A stretch of DNA of 63,108 nucleotides, filler included, from Pseudomonadota bacterium (GTDB lineage Bacteria > Bdellovibrionota_F > JAHFAK01 > JBDREC01): assembly GCA_043820105.1 (NCBI GenBank). It is 9 parts of 9 records of this genome, joined end to end, with 100 filler letters (N's around TTAATTAATTAA, not from the genome) between each part and the next. Parts side by side here need not be neighbours in the genome. Positions count along the whole stretch, not along the records: positions 26,511 to 36,226 come from JBDREC010000074.1; positions 36,327 to 60,553 come from JBDREC010000077.1; 7 more parts are not named here. One strand, 5' to 3'. A program made the position numbers and the translations under genes. Under the pieces are notes generated by a model, which did no database searches, was not told where the DNA came from, and saw only the letters and a list, made by a program, of their open reading frames with translations. Of the stretch, positions 29,626 through 39,490 are shown piece after piece; position 1 is the stretch's first letter; every line of letters begins with the position of its first letter.

Positions 29626-30336
29626 TTTGTGACATGGAGTTCCCTTAGGTTCTACGTCTACTATGCTCAAACCTTCCAAAAGTACTTCAGATTGAGAGTA
29701 TATTTTTTTCCTAAATTCAGAAAATTCAAAGTTAGAAACGGGACAAATAGAAAATAATGCCCTTTGAGTAACATGTCTTACAAAACCATCATTTTCTTTA
29801 CAAATGTATTCAGGCAAATATGAAACGCTAACTTCCAAAAGCTTAAACTTATATTCTTTATTATTTTCAAGTTTTTCTTTTAATTGTGCTTCGCTTAAAT
29901 TACCATAAACGGAATCTATTATGCTAAATGTTCCTAGAGAAGACATTACTTCTTCTAATGACAGAGTTCGCCAGAGAAATAATTCACAATTAGGATTAAT
30001 TTTATAACCTAATGTAGTACTATTGGCTATACAAGAAAATAACTCAGATAAGTATTTTTCTGGAATGTCTTTAAGTAAAACCTTCGATTGCATAGTTACA
30101 TACTGGCCATTTCTATACACTTCCCAATCATAGTTTAATTCTTCCTGATTTCTATAACATAATTTAGAGTCAGTAATAATATAAGAATCAAAAGGATAAT
30201 GATTATTCAAGCCAAGAAACATAATGTTCCCATTTTCAAGTTCTAAATAATACACATCGTCTACTGAAGCTGAAAAGTCTGCAAAAACTAAGTTTGAGCT
30301 TAATATAACTAATATAACGTAAAAATAAATTTTCAT
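29623..30336 (-). CDS. Secreted hypothetical protein
   Basis: AGGAG RBS, signal peptide ending VFA; no recognised domain. Confidence 0.7.
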   Translation of the reverse strand: MKIYFYVILVILSSNLVFADFSASVDDVYYLELENGNIMFLGLNNHYPFDSYIITDSKLCYRNQEELNYDWEVYRNGQYVTMQSKVLLKDIPEKYLSELFSCIANSTTLGYKINPNCELFLWRTLSLEEVMSSLGTFSIIDSVYGNLSEAQLKEKLENNKEYKFKLLEVSVSYLPEYICKENDGFVRHVTQRALFSICPVSNFEFSEFRKKIYSQSEVLLEGLSIVDVEPKGTPCHK

Positions 30337-30402
30337 TTTGAAGCTCCTAATTATTGTTAAATGATTAATTAATATGCATTTTAAAATTTGGAGTATTTTT
30401 AT

Positions 30403-31287
30403 TTAAAATAACTGATAAATGGTATGAGGATAATTCAACCATTCTTTGGTTTCAATTGCTTTTATTCTTAACTCATCTGCATTAATAATGCATTGGAATA
30501 GCTTTTCACGAGAACCTCCCTGTTCTTGACTATAAACTACATCCTTTTTGACACAATCATAAAGACTAAAAATCCCAAAGCCGAAAACATCTTCTGTTAT
30601 ATTTTTATTCTCGACTTGCTCCATATGAATTCTAAAACACTCCTGCAAATCATCTTCGAAATCATCCGACTTATATGCATTTTCATAGCAAGTCCTATGT
30701 TTTGAAAATGCTAAATCATATGAAGAGAGATTTTTTTCAAAAAGGTAAAGATATAATATCATGCTCACAATAACTAATCCCATGATTGTATAGGCAACAG
30801 GATTTGCATACAGTTCACTTCCCCAAATAAGCTCTTGTAAAACACCTAAAGCTATCCCTAACAAGGCATTATTTTTTTCATACTCTTTATTTGTTATTTG
30901 AAATGAATTTTCATAACCAAAATGTAAAATTATAGACAAAACAGAATCAATACTAAAATCTTTTAAAAGCACTATTTCCTTAAATAATGTCTCAATAATA
31001 CTTGAACAATCATTAACAAGCTTTCCGTTTAAATATATAAGAAACTTGTTTTCTTCAACTTTCACTGTATATTCTTTTTCGCCTTCAAAATACTGTGCTC
31101 TTTTATTATCAAAATCGAAAGAAACATTATAGAATGCATTTGCATATCCAATCAAATCATCATTTAATGATTTTATCTCGGCAAATGTATCAGCCTTACA
31201 AGCTTTGTTTGAAGTATCAGAAAAAGCATTAAAGCTGTGAGAAAAAAGAATTAAAGCAACCATGATATATATAGTAATATTTCGCAT
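30403..31287 (-). CDS. Secreted/membrane hypothetical protein
   Basis: Signal peptide plus internal hydrophobic hairpin; no recognised domain. Confidence 0.7.
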   Translation of the reverse strand: MRNITIYIMVALILFSHSFNAFSDTSNKACKADTFAEIKSLNDDLIGYANAFYNVSFDFDNKRAQYFEGEKEYTVKVEENKFLIYLNGKLVNDCSSIIETLFKEIVLLKDFSIDSVLSIILHFGYENSFQITNKEYEKNNALLGIALGVLQELIWGSELYANPVAYTIMGLVIVSMILYLYLFEKNLSSYDLAFSKHRTCYENAYKSDDFEDDLQECFRIHMEQVENKNITEDVFGFGIFSLYDCVKKDVVYSQEQGGSREKLFQCIINADELRIKAIETKEWLNYPHTIYQLF

Positions 31288-31309
31288 AACAAAAACCTTT
31301 CTTTTATTT

Positions 31310-32119
31310 TTATAATTCCAAGTATTTTTTTATCTTACTTATAGATTCATTTAGATATTTTTTTAATTCATCTTCTTTTAACTCTTTGTCATTATTGATT
31401 GTTATTACAGGGATTTGATATTGAGAAATTTTTAATGATCCAGTTCTAACATTTTTATCTTCTGAAACATTATACTTAGGAAAAAATATTTCTTCTTTGA
31501 ATACTGAATCCATAACCTCTTTTGGTACACATTGACCTGTTAATTTTGCTCTTGAATCGTTTCTTTTCAAGCGATTATTAAAGCTTGATGTAATATGAAG
31601 TATTGACAGATTGTCTACCTTAACTTTATTAATTAAATTTTTGATTGTATGTGTGTAAATCTTGTTTGCATCTAAATTAAAGCATTGCATAAAGGCTTGA
31701 TCATGCCCTCTTGCAAACTCAACTATATATTTTTTATTTGGATCAATGTTTTTTAGCAATCTTACAATTAATTCATCCCAAACAAGTGGATTTATTACTT
31801 CCATTGCCTGATCATTAATTTTTCTGCAATATTTAGCTTTTGGAAATTTAACACCATCTTTAAGTTCTTGCAGGTAATCTTCTGTTAGATCTTTTAAAAA
31901 AACTGAATACTCTTGAAAGTTTTCAAGATCTTTTTTTAATTTTTGATGATTATAAGCTTCAATTACTAGTCGCTCTAACTTGAAATATTCTAATAAAACA
32001 TCTAAATCATCAATTAACTCATAGCTTTGATGTTGCTTTATAAATTCGTTTTTTAATACACTCTTTCCCGCAGCTGACGGCCCTATTAATAAAATTATTT
32101 TTGATTTAAGACTTTTCAT
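31310..32119 (-). CDS. P-loop NTPase/nucleotide-kinase-like protein
   Basis: ILLIGPSAAGKS, IVEFARG, RLKRNDSR lid-like motif; start likely 32119. Confidence 0.7.
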   Translation of the reverse strand: MKSLKSKIILLIGPSAAGKSVLKNEFIKQHQSYELIDDLDVLLEYFKLERLVIEAYNHQKLKKDLENFQEYSVFLKDLTEDYLQELKDGVKFPKAKYCRKINDQAMEVINPLVWDELIVRLLKNIDPNKKYIVEFARGHDQAFMQCFNLDANKIYTHTIKNLINKVKVDNLSILHITSSFNNRLKRNDSRAKLTGQCVPKEVMDSVFKEEIFFPKYNVSEDKNVRTGSLKISQYQIPVITINNDKELKEDELKKYLNESISKIKKYLEL

Positions 32120-32241
32120 AGCATTCCCTTTATAAATTTTATTCCCAACACAGACACAAATAGCACATGGTGTCATATAAGTAAAATTATATTTACTTAT
32201 ATTTATTATAATGATATATTATATCTTGATTTATAATAAAA

Positions 32242-33156
32242 TTGCAGGATTTTCAAATGCTAGATATAAACCTTATAAAAGTGTTCATGGAAGTAACTAA
32301 AACTGGCAACATATTAAGAGCTTCTAAAAACTTAAGAATTACCCAACCTGGAGTAAGTCAAAAAATAAAACAGCTAGAGAGTCATTTAGGTGAATCATTA
32401 TTTATAAGAAAAAGATCAGGCATGGAATTAAACCATGCTGGAAATGAGTTTTTACTTATTTGCAATAACATAAAAAACGAATTAGATAGGCTCGATAATT
32501 GGATAATAAACAAAAAACCAGAAGTTTCAGGACATATTCATATAACAACTGTCTCCAGTTTTATCACCTATGTATTTCCAAAATTTTTAAAAATCTTCTT
32601 TGAAAAATATCCTGAAGCTAAATTTACTGTAAAAGATGCAAGGATTTCAGAGCATGTTGAAGAAAATCTTATCAAGGGAAAATCTGATATTGGGATTATT
32701 ATTGGAAGATGCAAAAAGGATTCATTGAAAATTCAAAAACTATCTGAAAATCATATTTTAATGGTATGTTCAAAAGACTACTTTCTTGCTAAAAAGAAAA
32801 ATATAACAAGGGACGACCTTGATAAAGCAAGGATCTTTTCCCATGCAGAAGCTCATTCTAGAACTAGCAAATTTATAGCAAAGGAGCTTGGTTACCCTTC
32901 TGAAAAAGATTTTGGTGATATTTTCTTAAATGACATGGAAGCATGCAAAGCTCATGTTTTAGAAGGCTTGGGTATCGCATTTGTAGCCAAAATGTATATT
33001 AAAGATGAATTAAAAAAAGGAAAGCTTGTGGCTTTGCCTGGATTTAATATGAATAGACCAGCTTATATTGTTTCACGAAATGAAAAATATGAATCACCAT
33101 TATTAAAAATTTTTAAAAAAGAGTTTGTTGATTATTGCAAGGACTTAGATTTTTAA
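32242..33156 (+). CDS. LysR-family transcriptional regulator
   Basis: ASKNLRITQPGVSQKIKQLESHLGESLFIR HTH plus substrate-binding domain; divergent from the P-loop gene. Confidence 0.95.
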   Translation: MQDFQMLDINLIKVFMEVTKTGNILRASKNLRITQPGVSQKIKQLESHLGESLFIRKRSGMELNHAGNEFLLICNNIKNELDRLDNWIINKKPEVSGHIHITTVSSFITYVFPKFLKIFFEKYPEAKFTVKDARISEHVEENLIKGKSDIGIIIGRCKKDSLKIQKLSENHILMVCSKDYFLAKKKNITRDDLDKARIFSHAEAHSRTSKFIAKELGYPSEKDFGDIFLNDMEACKAHVLEGLGIAFVAKMYIKDELKKGKLVALPGFNMNRPAYIVSRNEKYESPLLKIFKKEFVDYCKDLDF

Positions 33157-33900
33157 TTTAATATTAATTTCCTTAAAGAGATGCTCAAGGGTTTCAGGTA
33201 AATCACTATATCTTTTCTGGTGCTTTTTGTAGGCTTTTTCCATATCTTCATTTATCCAACTTGTTTCTACAATATTATTAATTCCCTTTTTATTTAATAT
33301 TTCTTTTGTTGCTTTTATTGGAATTAAATCAGATTTAATAATTCTGTAGATATCATCGAAATCCTTAATTCTTGTATTTCCTGATTTAAATTTATAGCAG
33401 GTATCGATTTTATCAGATAAAATATTTTCCAAAGATTGAGCATTAATTTTGAATTTTTCTTCATCCAAATCTAATAAAATTTGTTCATATTCAGTTTTTA
33501 ATTTATAAACTATGTCAATTTCAAATTCATTTTCTGCTCCATCATCTGTTTTATAAGCAATTTTCAATTTAGCAGCTTTTAAGTCTTCTTTTTCAAACTC
33601 TAAATAATCTAAAATCTTATAATTTATTCCTTTATCAACTTTGCATGCTTTTTTTAATTTTTTTAATATATCATCTTTATTATTTAGTGATCTTGTAACA
33701 AGATCTAAATCCACTGTAGCTCTTGGTGTTCTTATATAATACCAAATTAGATTTCCACCTTTAAAAATAAAATCTTCTGAAACTTTATTGATTGATTTTA
33801 TATATGTTAAAATTACATATTTTAAAAAGCCAGAAGGACCCTTTAAACCATTTTGCTTTATGAAATTTCTTGCTCTTATAACAAATCGCTTTTCACTCAT
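33145..33900 (-). CDS. abiEii: Type IV TA toxin, AbiEii-family nucleotidyltransferase
   Basis: FIFKGG, RATVDLD, ENILSDK, TRIKDFDDI; overlaps the antitoxin stop. Confidence 0.9.
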   Translation of the reverse strand: MSEKRFVIRARNFIKQNGLKGPSGFLKYVILTYIKSINKVSEDFIFKGGNLIWYYIRTPRATVDLDLVTRSLNNKDDILKKLKKACKVDKGINYKILDYLEFEKEDLKAAKLKIAYKTDDGAENEFEIDIVYKLKTEYEQILLDLDEEKFKINAQSLENILSDKIDTCYKFKSGNTRIKDFDDIYRIIKSDLIPIKATKEILNKKGINNIVETSWINEDMEKAYKKHQKRYSDLPETLEHLFKEINIKLKI

Positions 33901-34465
33901 CAGCCAGCTCCTGCTTTATTATTCTCAATACATTTGTCTTTAAAATCTTATCATACTTAGCAATCTCATCGTATTTAGGTTTATATTTTTTCAAATATCT
34001 TTTAATTGCTTTATAACAAATTGCTTCACTATAATAACGATAAATATCAGACAAGATACGCTCAGGATTATATATTTTGACATTTTCCCCTGAAATTTTA
34101 ATTTTATCAATCCCAATTAAGTATTTTTTTGAAATTCTTCTAACATTTAAAATACTATTTCTAATATTTTTGTTATTGGGAATATCCACATCAACACAAT
34201 CAATATTCTCATCGCTTAATCCATATACTTTTGCTGCAGCTAGTCCTGAAATTGCCGCATCTTTGTAATATTTAGCAACAACAATTAATAAACCTGTAAA
34301 AATATCCAATGATGGCAAGCTATAAAATCCAATTCCAAGCCTTTGAATTTCTCCTCTTTCTTCAAGACGAACTAATAACATTCTGTTTTTAGATATTTTT
34401 TGCAATTCACTTGCTGAGGCAACTAAATTCTTTTTTATATAAAGTACTATTTTATCTTTTTTCAT
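33893..34465 (-). CDS. abiEi: Type IV TA antitoxin, AbiEi family
   Basis: RGEIQRLGIGFY wHTH, ISGLAAAKVYGLSD, IYNPERILSD. Confidence 0.9.
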   Translation of the reverse strand: MKKDKIVLYIKKNLVASASELQKISKNRMLLVRLEERGEIQRLGIGFYSLPSLDIFTGLLIVVAKYYKDAAISGLAAAKVYGLSDENIDCVDVDIPNNKNIRNSILNVRRISKKYLIGIDKIKISGENVKIYNPERILSDIYRYYSEAICYKAIKRYLKKYKPKYDEIAKYDKILKTNVLRIIKQELADE

Positions 34466-34503
34466 AATGTTACTATTTTGTCATATTTGGCATATTATGT
34501 CAA
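34466..34503 (-). promoter_or_regulatory. Sigma70 promoter of abiE (near-leaderless) overlapped by short repeats
   Basis: TTGACA-N17-CAAAAT with TGn extension, 9 nt before ATG; repeated TG(A/C)CA(T/A)A units. Confidence 0.6.
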
Positions 34504-34536
34504 GTCTGTAACGCATCTAAATATAGATTCAATATT

Positions 34537-34566
34537 GAATTTGCACGCAAAAATGCACGCAAATTA
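34537..34566 (+). repeat. 30-bp arm-type repeat, copy 2
   Basis: Identical to 29596-29625. Confidence 0.9.
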
Positions 34567-34702
34567 ACGTCGCACTTACGTTAAGTTTGCGTAATGATTA
34601 GGTATGGTTTTTACATTTTTTCACAAGAAAAGGAAATTTGATCTTTCGCAACATCCTGTTATCACTTGGATTTTGGGTTAATAATAGTTTATAGTTTAGT
34701 TA

Positions 34703-34754
34703 AATGGCATTCAAGAGGTAGGAGGGAATAATCCCGATCAGCTCCATAAAATTT
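34703..34754 (+). repeat. Displaced tRNA-Ala 3' fragment (attR-like), degenerate T arm
   Basis: AATGGCATTCAAGAGGTAG (19 bp) and AATCCCGATCAGCTCCATAAAATTT (25 bp) are exact reverse complements of 29494-29512 and 29462-29486. Confidence 0.85.
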
Positions 34755-34834
34755 AAACTGACAGTTAAAATTTTAGCACTAGTTCTAGTTCTAGTATTTC
34801 AGATACTTCCGTAGTAAAAACTATTTTCATCATT

Positions 34835-35719
34835 TCATTTTTCTTCGTAATAATAAGAGTAGTCGATTCCTTTCATATACATTTCGCGACTTTTGATTTT
34901 TTCGCTTAGGGCCTTTTTGAGCAGATTTTTTATTTTTCTGCTATTTGTTGGGCTCTGTTTCATGGCATTTAAATAATCGTTTTTGGCTATTTTGCTCCAG
35001 TTAACACATTTTTTTAGTTGTTTTTTCAAAATTAAATCAAGCCAAATACGTGCACTTCGACCATTACCTTCCATAAATGGGTGGGCAATGTTCATTTCTA
35101 TATATTTATCAGAAATTTGCTCAAATGTATCTTCTGGCATTAGTTCAATCTGTTTAAGCGTATTTTCTAAATGCTTTGCCATTGCAAATTGAAACCCACC
35201 TTTTGAAATATTTTTTTGTCTAATTTGACCAGCAAATTCATACAAGCCTCCAAACAAATATGCATGAATTTGTTGCAAGCCATTAATTGTACCAACTTCA
35301 ATGGCTCCAATAAATGAACTTTCGAATAAGGCATATGCTTTTGTTTTGCTTTTTCCGTCTATAGATTCATCGCTAAATGTAAACCATTCAATAAATCTAT
35401 TGGCTTTTGTTCCTGGAAATGTTTTGCCTAAGGCTATAATGCCACTGTAGTCGAGCATATCTGATAATCGTTTTTTCCCATCAGGTGCTAATAGTTTCAA
35501 CTGGGTAGTAGCACTAACCACTTGGCAATTTTCCTTTTTTAATTTAGATTTTAGGTATTTCCAATAATTCCGAGTTTTGCTGTAATCGTCTTGATCGGTA
35601 AGGACTGCAACGATATCAAGCACTGAAAACCACCATTTGCTTTTTTCATCGTCCCAAACAGCACGAACTTCTCGATCGTCAAAAAAACGAATTGAAATTT
35701 TATTTATATTATTGGGCAT
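34835..35719 (-). CDS. fic: Fic-domain protein with Bro-N-like N-terminus
   Basis: VRAVWD...[10 protein letters not shown]-terminus; [12 protein letters not shown] Fic motif. Confidence 0.92.
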   Translation of the reverse strand: MPNNINKISIRFFDDREVRAVWDDEKSKWWFSVLDIVAVLTDQDDYSKTRNYWKYLKSKLKKENCQVVSATTQLKLLAPDGKKRLSDMLDYSGIIALGKTFPGTKANRFIEWFTFSDESIDGKSKTKAYALFESSFIGAIEVGTINGLQQIHAYLFGGLYEFAGQIRQKNISKGGFQFAMAKHLENTLKQIELMPEDTFEQISDKYIEMNIAHPFMEGNGRSARIWLDLILKKQLKKCVNWSKIAKNDYLNAMKQSPTNSRKIKNLLKKALSEKIKSREMYMKGIDYSYYYEEK

Positions 35720-35863
35720 ATTCTTTTTCCTTAAACGTTAAAAGGTTTTCTCTGTAATATTTAAACCTTTATTTATTCATTTAGTCATTTTTCTATTTAA
35801 ATAAATGATATTGTAGCATTACATAATATTATAGTATTATCGACTTTTATCAATAAAAAACAC

Positions 35864-36226
35864 ATGTTTTATAAGAAATTTTACAGTCGTATTACTAATA
35901 CTCCACCTTTTAAAATAAGTAAGCACCTCCGTACTACTTTTTCCTTTTTATTAGTAGCCCTTTCTGGAATTTTAATGACCTCAACAGCTTATTTTGGATT
36001 TAAAGCATTAATAATCTTAAGTTTTATAGCAGTTCCATCCATTACAATTTTAGGCTTTTACTCAGTATCTTTTGCAGTTTCATCAATTGGTGGCTTTCAT
36101 GAACTTCTTAAGATAGAACCTCAAAATTCAATTTTATTTGTTACAGCTGTATCAATGTGTATCGGCTCTTTTATATCAGGTGGAACTTTAACACCTGATT
36201 TTATTAGATTTGCAAAAAGCTCAAAA
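35864..36226 (+). pseudogene. Cytosine permease (CodB-like) internal fragment, 5'-truncated
   Basis: LMTSTAYFGFKAL...IAVP...CIGSFISGGTLTPDFIRFAK matches the middle of CodB; N-terminal helices are absent. Confidence 0.65.
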
Positions 36227-36326
36227 NNNNNNNNNNNNNNNNNNNNNNNNNNNNNNNNNNNNNNNNNNNNTTAATTAATTAANNNNNNNNNNNNNNNNNN
36301 NNNNNNNNNNNNNNNNNNNNNNNNNN

Positions 36327-37079
36327 TGGTATTATAAAAAGAATAATTAAAAATATATATATTAATTTTATTCTTAATTTTCTTTCAAAAATAATTAGCC
36401 CTGATAATAATGAGATCATTAAAACAAGATAGCCTCCCAGAGTGTTGGGTTCGCCATGTTCCCCCTCAAAAGGGGCTGACACTCTAGCTCCTGATGGAAT
36501 TTGTACAACCGCTGTTATAGCAACAATACAAGCAGTTAAAATTAAGAAAAAAACAAAGCGTTTTATTTGATCAGTATTTTTTAAGTTATTTACTGTCAAA
36601 AAAAAGACTAGAAAAAATTCTAAATACTTTGCAACATAAAAAAAGCCAGTAACACCCGTAACTCTTCCAAAAAGAGTGCCCAGGGATGTTGCAATTACAC
36701 AAGCCATAAAATAATAAAAAATTGGTTTATTAAGCGGTGTTTTTATAATAAGTCCCATATCTTTTAAAATAGCAGTTCTCATAAGCCAAGATATTGTAAC
36801 TATGATCAAAATTAAATCATCAATTCTGATTACAACAGATCTACGACCAGCTTGGAGGACTGGAATTTCGGGAGACAAAAGCATGGATAAAATTAATACA
36901 TAAAGCGCGAATTCTGTTTTTAAAAAAGCAAGGATCAATATTAAAAAACCAAGTGCGATTATTAGAGCCATACCAGGGTTTACTTTTACGATTACAGTGG
37001 AGATGGCAATAGTGGTTATTAGCAGCATAACAAAAAAGAATATCTGTTTGATAAGAGGTTGTGTAGTCATATTAATCAA
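36327..37079 (-). CDS. O-antigen ligase/Wzy-like polymerase (3' partial)
   Basis: Multi-TM, RVSAPF...EPNTLGGYL; follows wzc. Confidence 0.8.
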
Positions 37080-39462
37080 GCTTTGATTGCCATATAAGAC
37101 CGATTATTAGAAAAAGAGTTGCAATAATCGCTGTTGTTATTTGCCAAACAGGTTTATCCATATATCTTCTAAATTTCACATAATATGGAATAAAATTAAA
37201 AAAGTTTTTGAATTTATCTAAAATGCTATCTTTTAAAGCTTCCTCATCATGGCCATAGTATTGGATTTGGAATTTTGCATAATCTGGGTAAAGTTTGGTT
37301 GAAACATCATTTAATACTATTCCAATAACATTGCCAGCTACATTTTCTAAAGTCATTTTTGCTCTTTTTAAAACCTTTCGAGGAACTCTACCCTGCTTAT
37401 GTACCAGAACAACAGCATCAACATTTGGTGCAATTATGGCTGGGTCAGATACTGCAATAATTGGAGGAGAATCAATTAAAACTATATCATATTCCTTTTT
37501 TACTTCATCAAGGAAACTTAAAAAATTGTTCGAGTTAATTAACTCTGAAGGATTGGGGGGGTAACCACCGCTGGTTATTATGTTGAGATTTTCGAGTCCA
37601 GGTGTCATCATGATCTCATCCATTTTCATGCTTCCAATCATGAGATCAGTAATATCTTTTATAGCCTCTTGCCAACTTATCTTACCCAATATTATGTCTG
37701 CAATTCCATTTTGTATAGGTATTCCAAAGGTTCTGTGAATATTGGGTTTTCTTAAATCGCAATCTATGAGCAAAACCTTGTTTCCATCTTGAGCCATGGT
37801 AATGGCAAGGTTTGTAGTTGTTGTAGTTTTTCCTTCTTTCATGTAAGGACTACAAAGCATGAATGTATTGCCTCCTGTTTTAACTGTAGCAAATTGGAGG
37901 TTTGTCCTGAGAGCACGATAGGATTCAGCTACTGTAGACTTAGGTTCAAATTGGCTAATTAAATGTACTTCTTGGATGTCCTTTTTTCGTTTATGTTGGT
38001 CATCAGAAGACATATCTTCATATCTAAATTCTTCATCATTTACATCCATATGTGGAATCATACCCAAGACTGGAATTTGAAGAAAATCTTCCACATCTTC
38101 CATTGTTCCAACAGATGTATCAAGAGTTTCCCTAATAATAGCCAATACTACACCAAACATTAAACCAATTAAGAGCCCTACTAAAATAGTTGAAAATTTG
38201 CCACCAGTATTTGCCGCTTGTGGTAATGTTGCCAGACTGACAATCGTTACCTCTCCAACTTCTTGAGACTCATTTATCTGAATTTCTTGATACTTTGTTT
38301 TTAGTAATGTTAAAAGCTCTTCATTTATTCTAATTTCTCTTGTTAGCCTTAACAATTCTCTCTCTTTTTCTGGAAGGTCTCGACTTTTAGCTGTAACGTC
38401 ATCAAAAGTTTTTGCTAGCACTGTTTTTCGAACCTGCAGAGACTTAGATTCATTTTTTAGCTCATCAAGCATCATTTTTTTTATATCATGAATTTGTCTG
38501 TTAATTTTTAATATTTCAGGGTGTTTATTTGTATAATCAAGGGGGAGTTCTTTTTTTCTAACCAATAGGTTGAATAACTTCATGTTTAAATCTCTGTAGG
38601 CCGCGTTAACGGTGTCTACAAGGGGTCTTTCTTCTTCATTTGTGAGATCTTTATTTTTAATGTGGTTAATTAAAGATTCAACTTCAACGATTCTTTTTGT
38701 TAGAGCTTCATATTCAAGTTCAATAGTATTTAGCTTTGATGATGTAAAGCTTAACTCGTCCATGATTGTTACAATTTGGTGTTTTCTTCTAAAATCATTC
38801 ATTTCCTTTTCTTTTTCAAAAAGTAAGCTTTCTGTGGTCTCAATTTTAGTTTTTATAAGCTCAATTGCATCACGCTTTTGCTTTGTTTTTAAATATCTAT
38901 AATATTCTTTATATTTTTGAGCGGTGACATTTGATAAGCGTTTTGTAAACTCCCTATCTGAAGAAGTGGCTCCTATATTTATTATTGTAGTACCTTCTTG
39001 AATTGAAGTTTCTATTTGACTTTGTAAGCCCATCACAGTCATTAAGTATTCTTCTGAGTTTCTTATTTGATCATCCGTAAGATCTGGATCAAGATATCCT
39101 AACTCTTTGCATACTTGAGATACAACTGGAAAACTTGTTACAATTTGCATTTCTGTATAAATAGAAAAAGAAGAATATGAATAATACCCTGGAATTAATC
39201 CAGGAGACTGGGACTCTTCTATTTTAACAGAAGCTGATGCAGTATATATTGGTGTTTTAGATGTTGCGAAAATAAATGAAAAAAGACCCGTTAAAATTGT
39301 TGCAGCAATAATTATCGATTTTCGCTTTATTATTATATAAGCATAATCTCTAAGATCCAGGTCATACTGCCTGCTAGACTGCTGTTGAGGAAAGGCAACA
39401 GAGTTTGTTTGTGCATGCTGAAGATTTTGCTTTTGCTTTGAGTTGTTTTGTAAATTATCCAT
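37072..39462 (-). CDS. wzc: Polysaccharide co-polymerase/tyrosine autokinase (Wzc-like)
   Basis: LDLRDY...PIYTASA Wzz domain, coiled coil, AESYRALRTN, EGKTT, LLIDCDLRKP, IDSPP. Confidence 0.92.
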   Translation of the reverse strand: MDNLQNNSKQKQNLQHAQTNSVAFPQQQSSRQYDLDLRDYAYIIIKRKSIIIAATILTGLFSFIFATSKTPIYTASASVKIEESQSPGLIPGYYSYSSFSIYTEMQIVTSFPVVSQVCKELGYLDPDLTDDQIRNSEEYLMTVMGLQSQIETSIQEGTTIINIGATSSDREFTKRLSNVTAQKYKEYYRYLKTKQKRDAIELIKTKIETTESLLFEKEKEMNDFRRKHQIVTIMDELSFTSSKLNTIELEYEALTKRIVEVESLINHIKNKDLTNEEERPLVDTVNAAYRDLNMKLFNLLVRKKELPLDYTNKHPEILKINRQIHDIKKMMLDELKNESKSLQVRKTVLAKTFDDVTAKSRDLPEKERELLRLTREIRINEELLTLLKTKYQEIQINESQEVGEVTIVSLATLPQAANTGGKFSTILVGLLIGLMFGVVLAIIRETLDTSVGTMEDVEDFLQIPVLGMIPHMDVNDEEFRYEDMSSDDQHKRKKDIQEVHLISQFEPKSTVAESYRALRTNLQFATVKTGGNTFMLCSPYMKEGKTTTTTNLAITMAQDGNKVLLIDCDLRKPNIHRTFGIPIQNGIADIILGKISWQEAIKDITDLMIGSMKMDEIMMTPGLENLNIITSGGYPPNPSELINSNNFLSFLDEVKKEYDIVLIDSPPIIAVSDPAIIAPNVDAVVLVHKQGRVPRKVLKRAKMTLENVAGNVIGIVLNDVSTKLYPDYAKFQIQYYGHDEEALKDSILDKFKNFFNFIPYYVKFRRYMDKPVWQITTAIIATLFLIIGLIWQSKLD

Positions 39463-39490
39463 TTATTACCATTATTATTAAAAATTAAAC

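Larger units (their letters stand above)
29507..34746. mobile_element. Integrase-less tRNA-Ala-targeting genomic island (about 5.2 kb)
   Basis: Bounded by ATTCAAGAGGTAG...CAGCTCCA direct repeats and identical 30-bp arm repeats; cargo includes an AbiE toxin-antitoxin pair. Confidence 0.7.

Noticed and set aside
29485-29757. 90-aa ORF
   Set aside because: Translation of tRNA-derived and arm-repeat DNA, overlapping a real gene on the opposite strand
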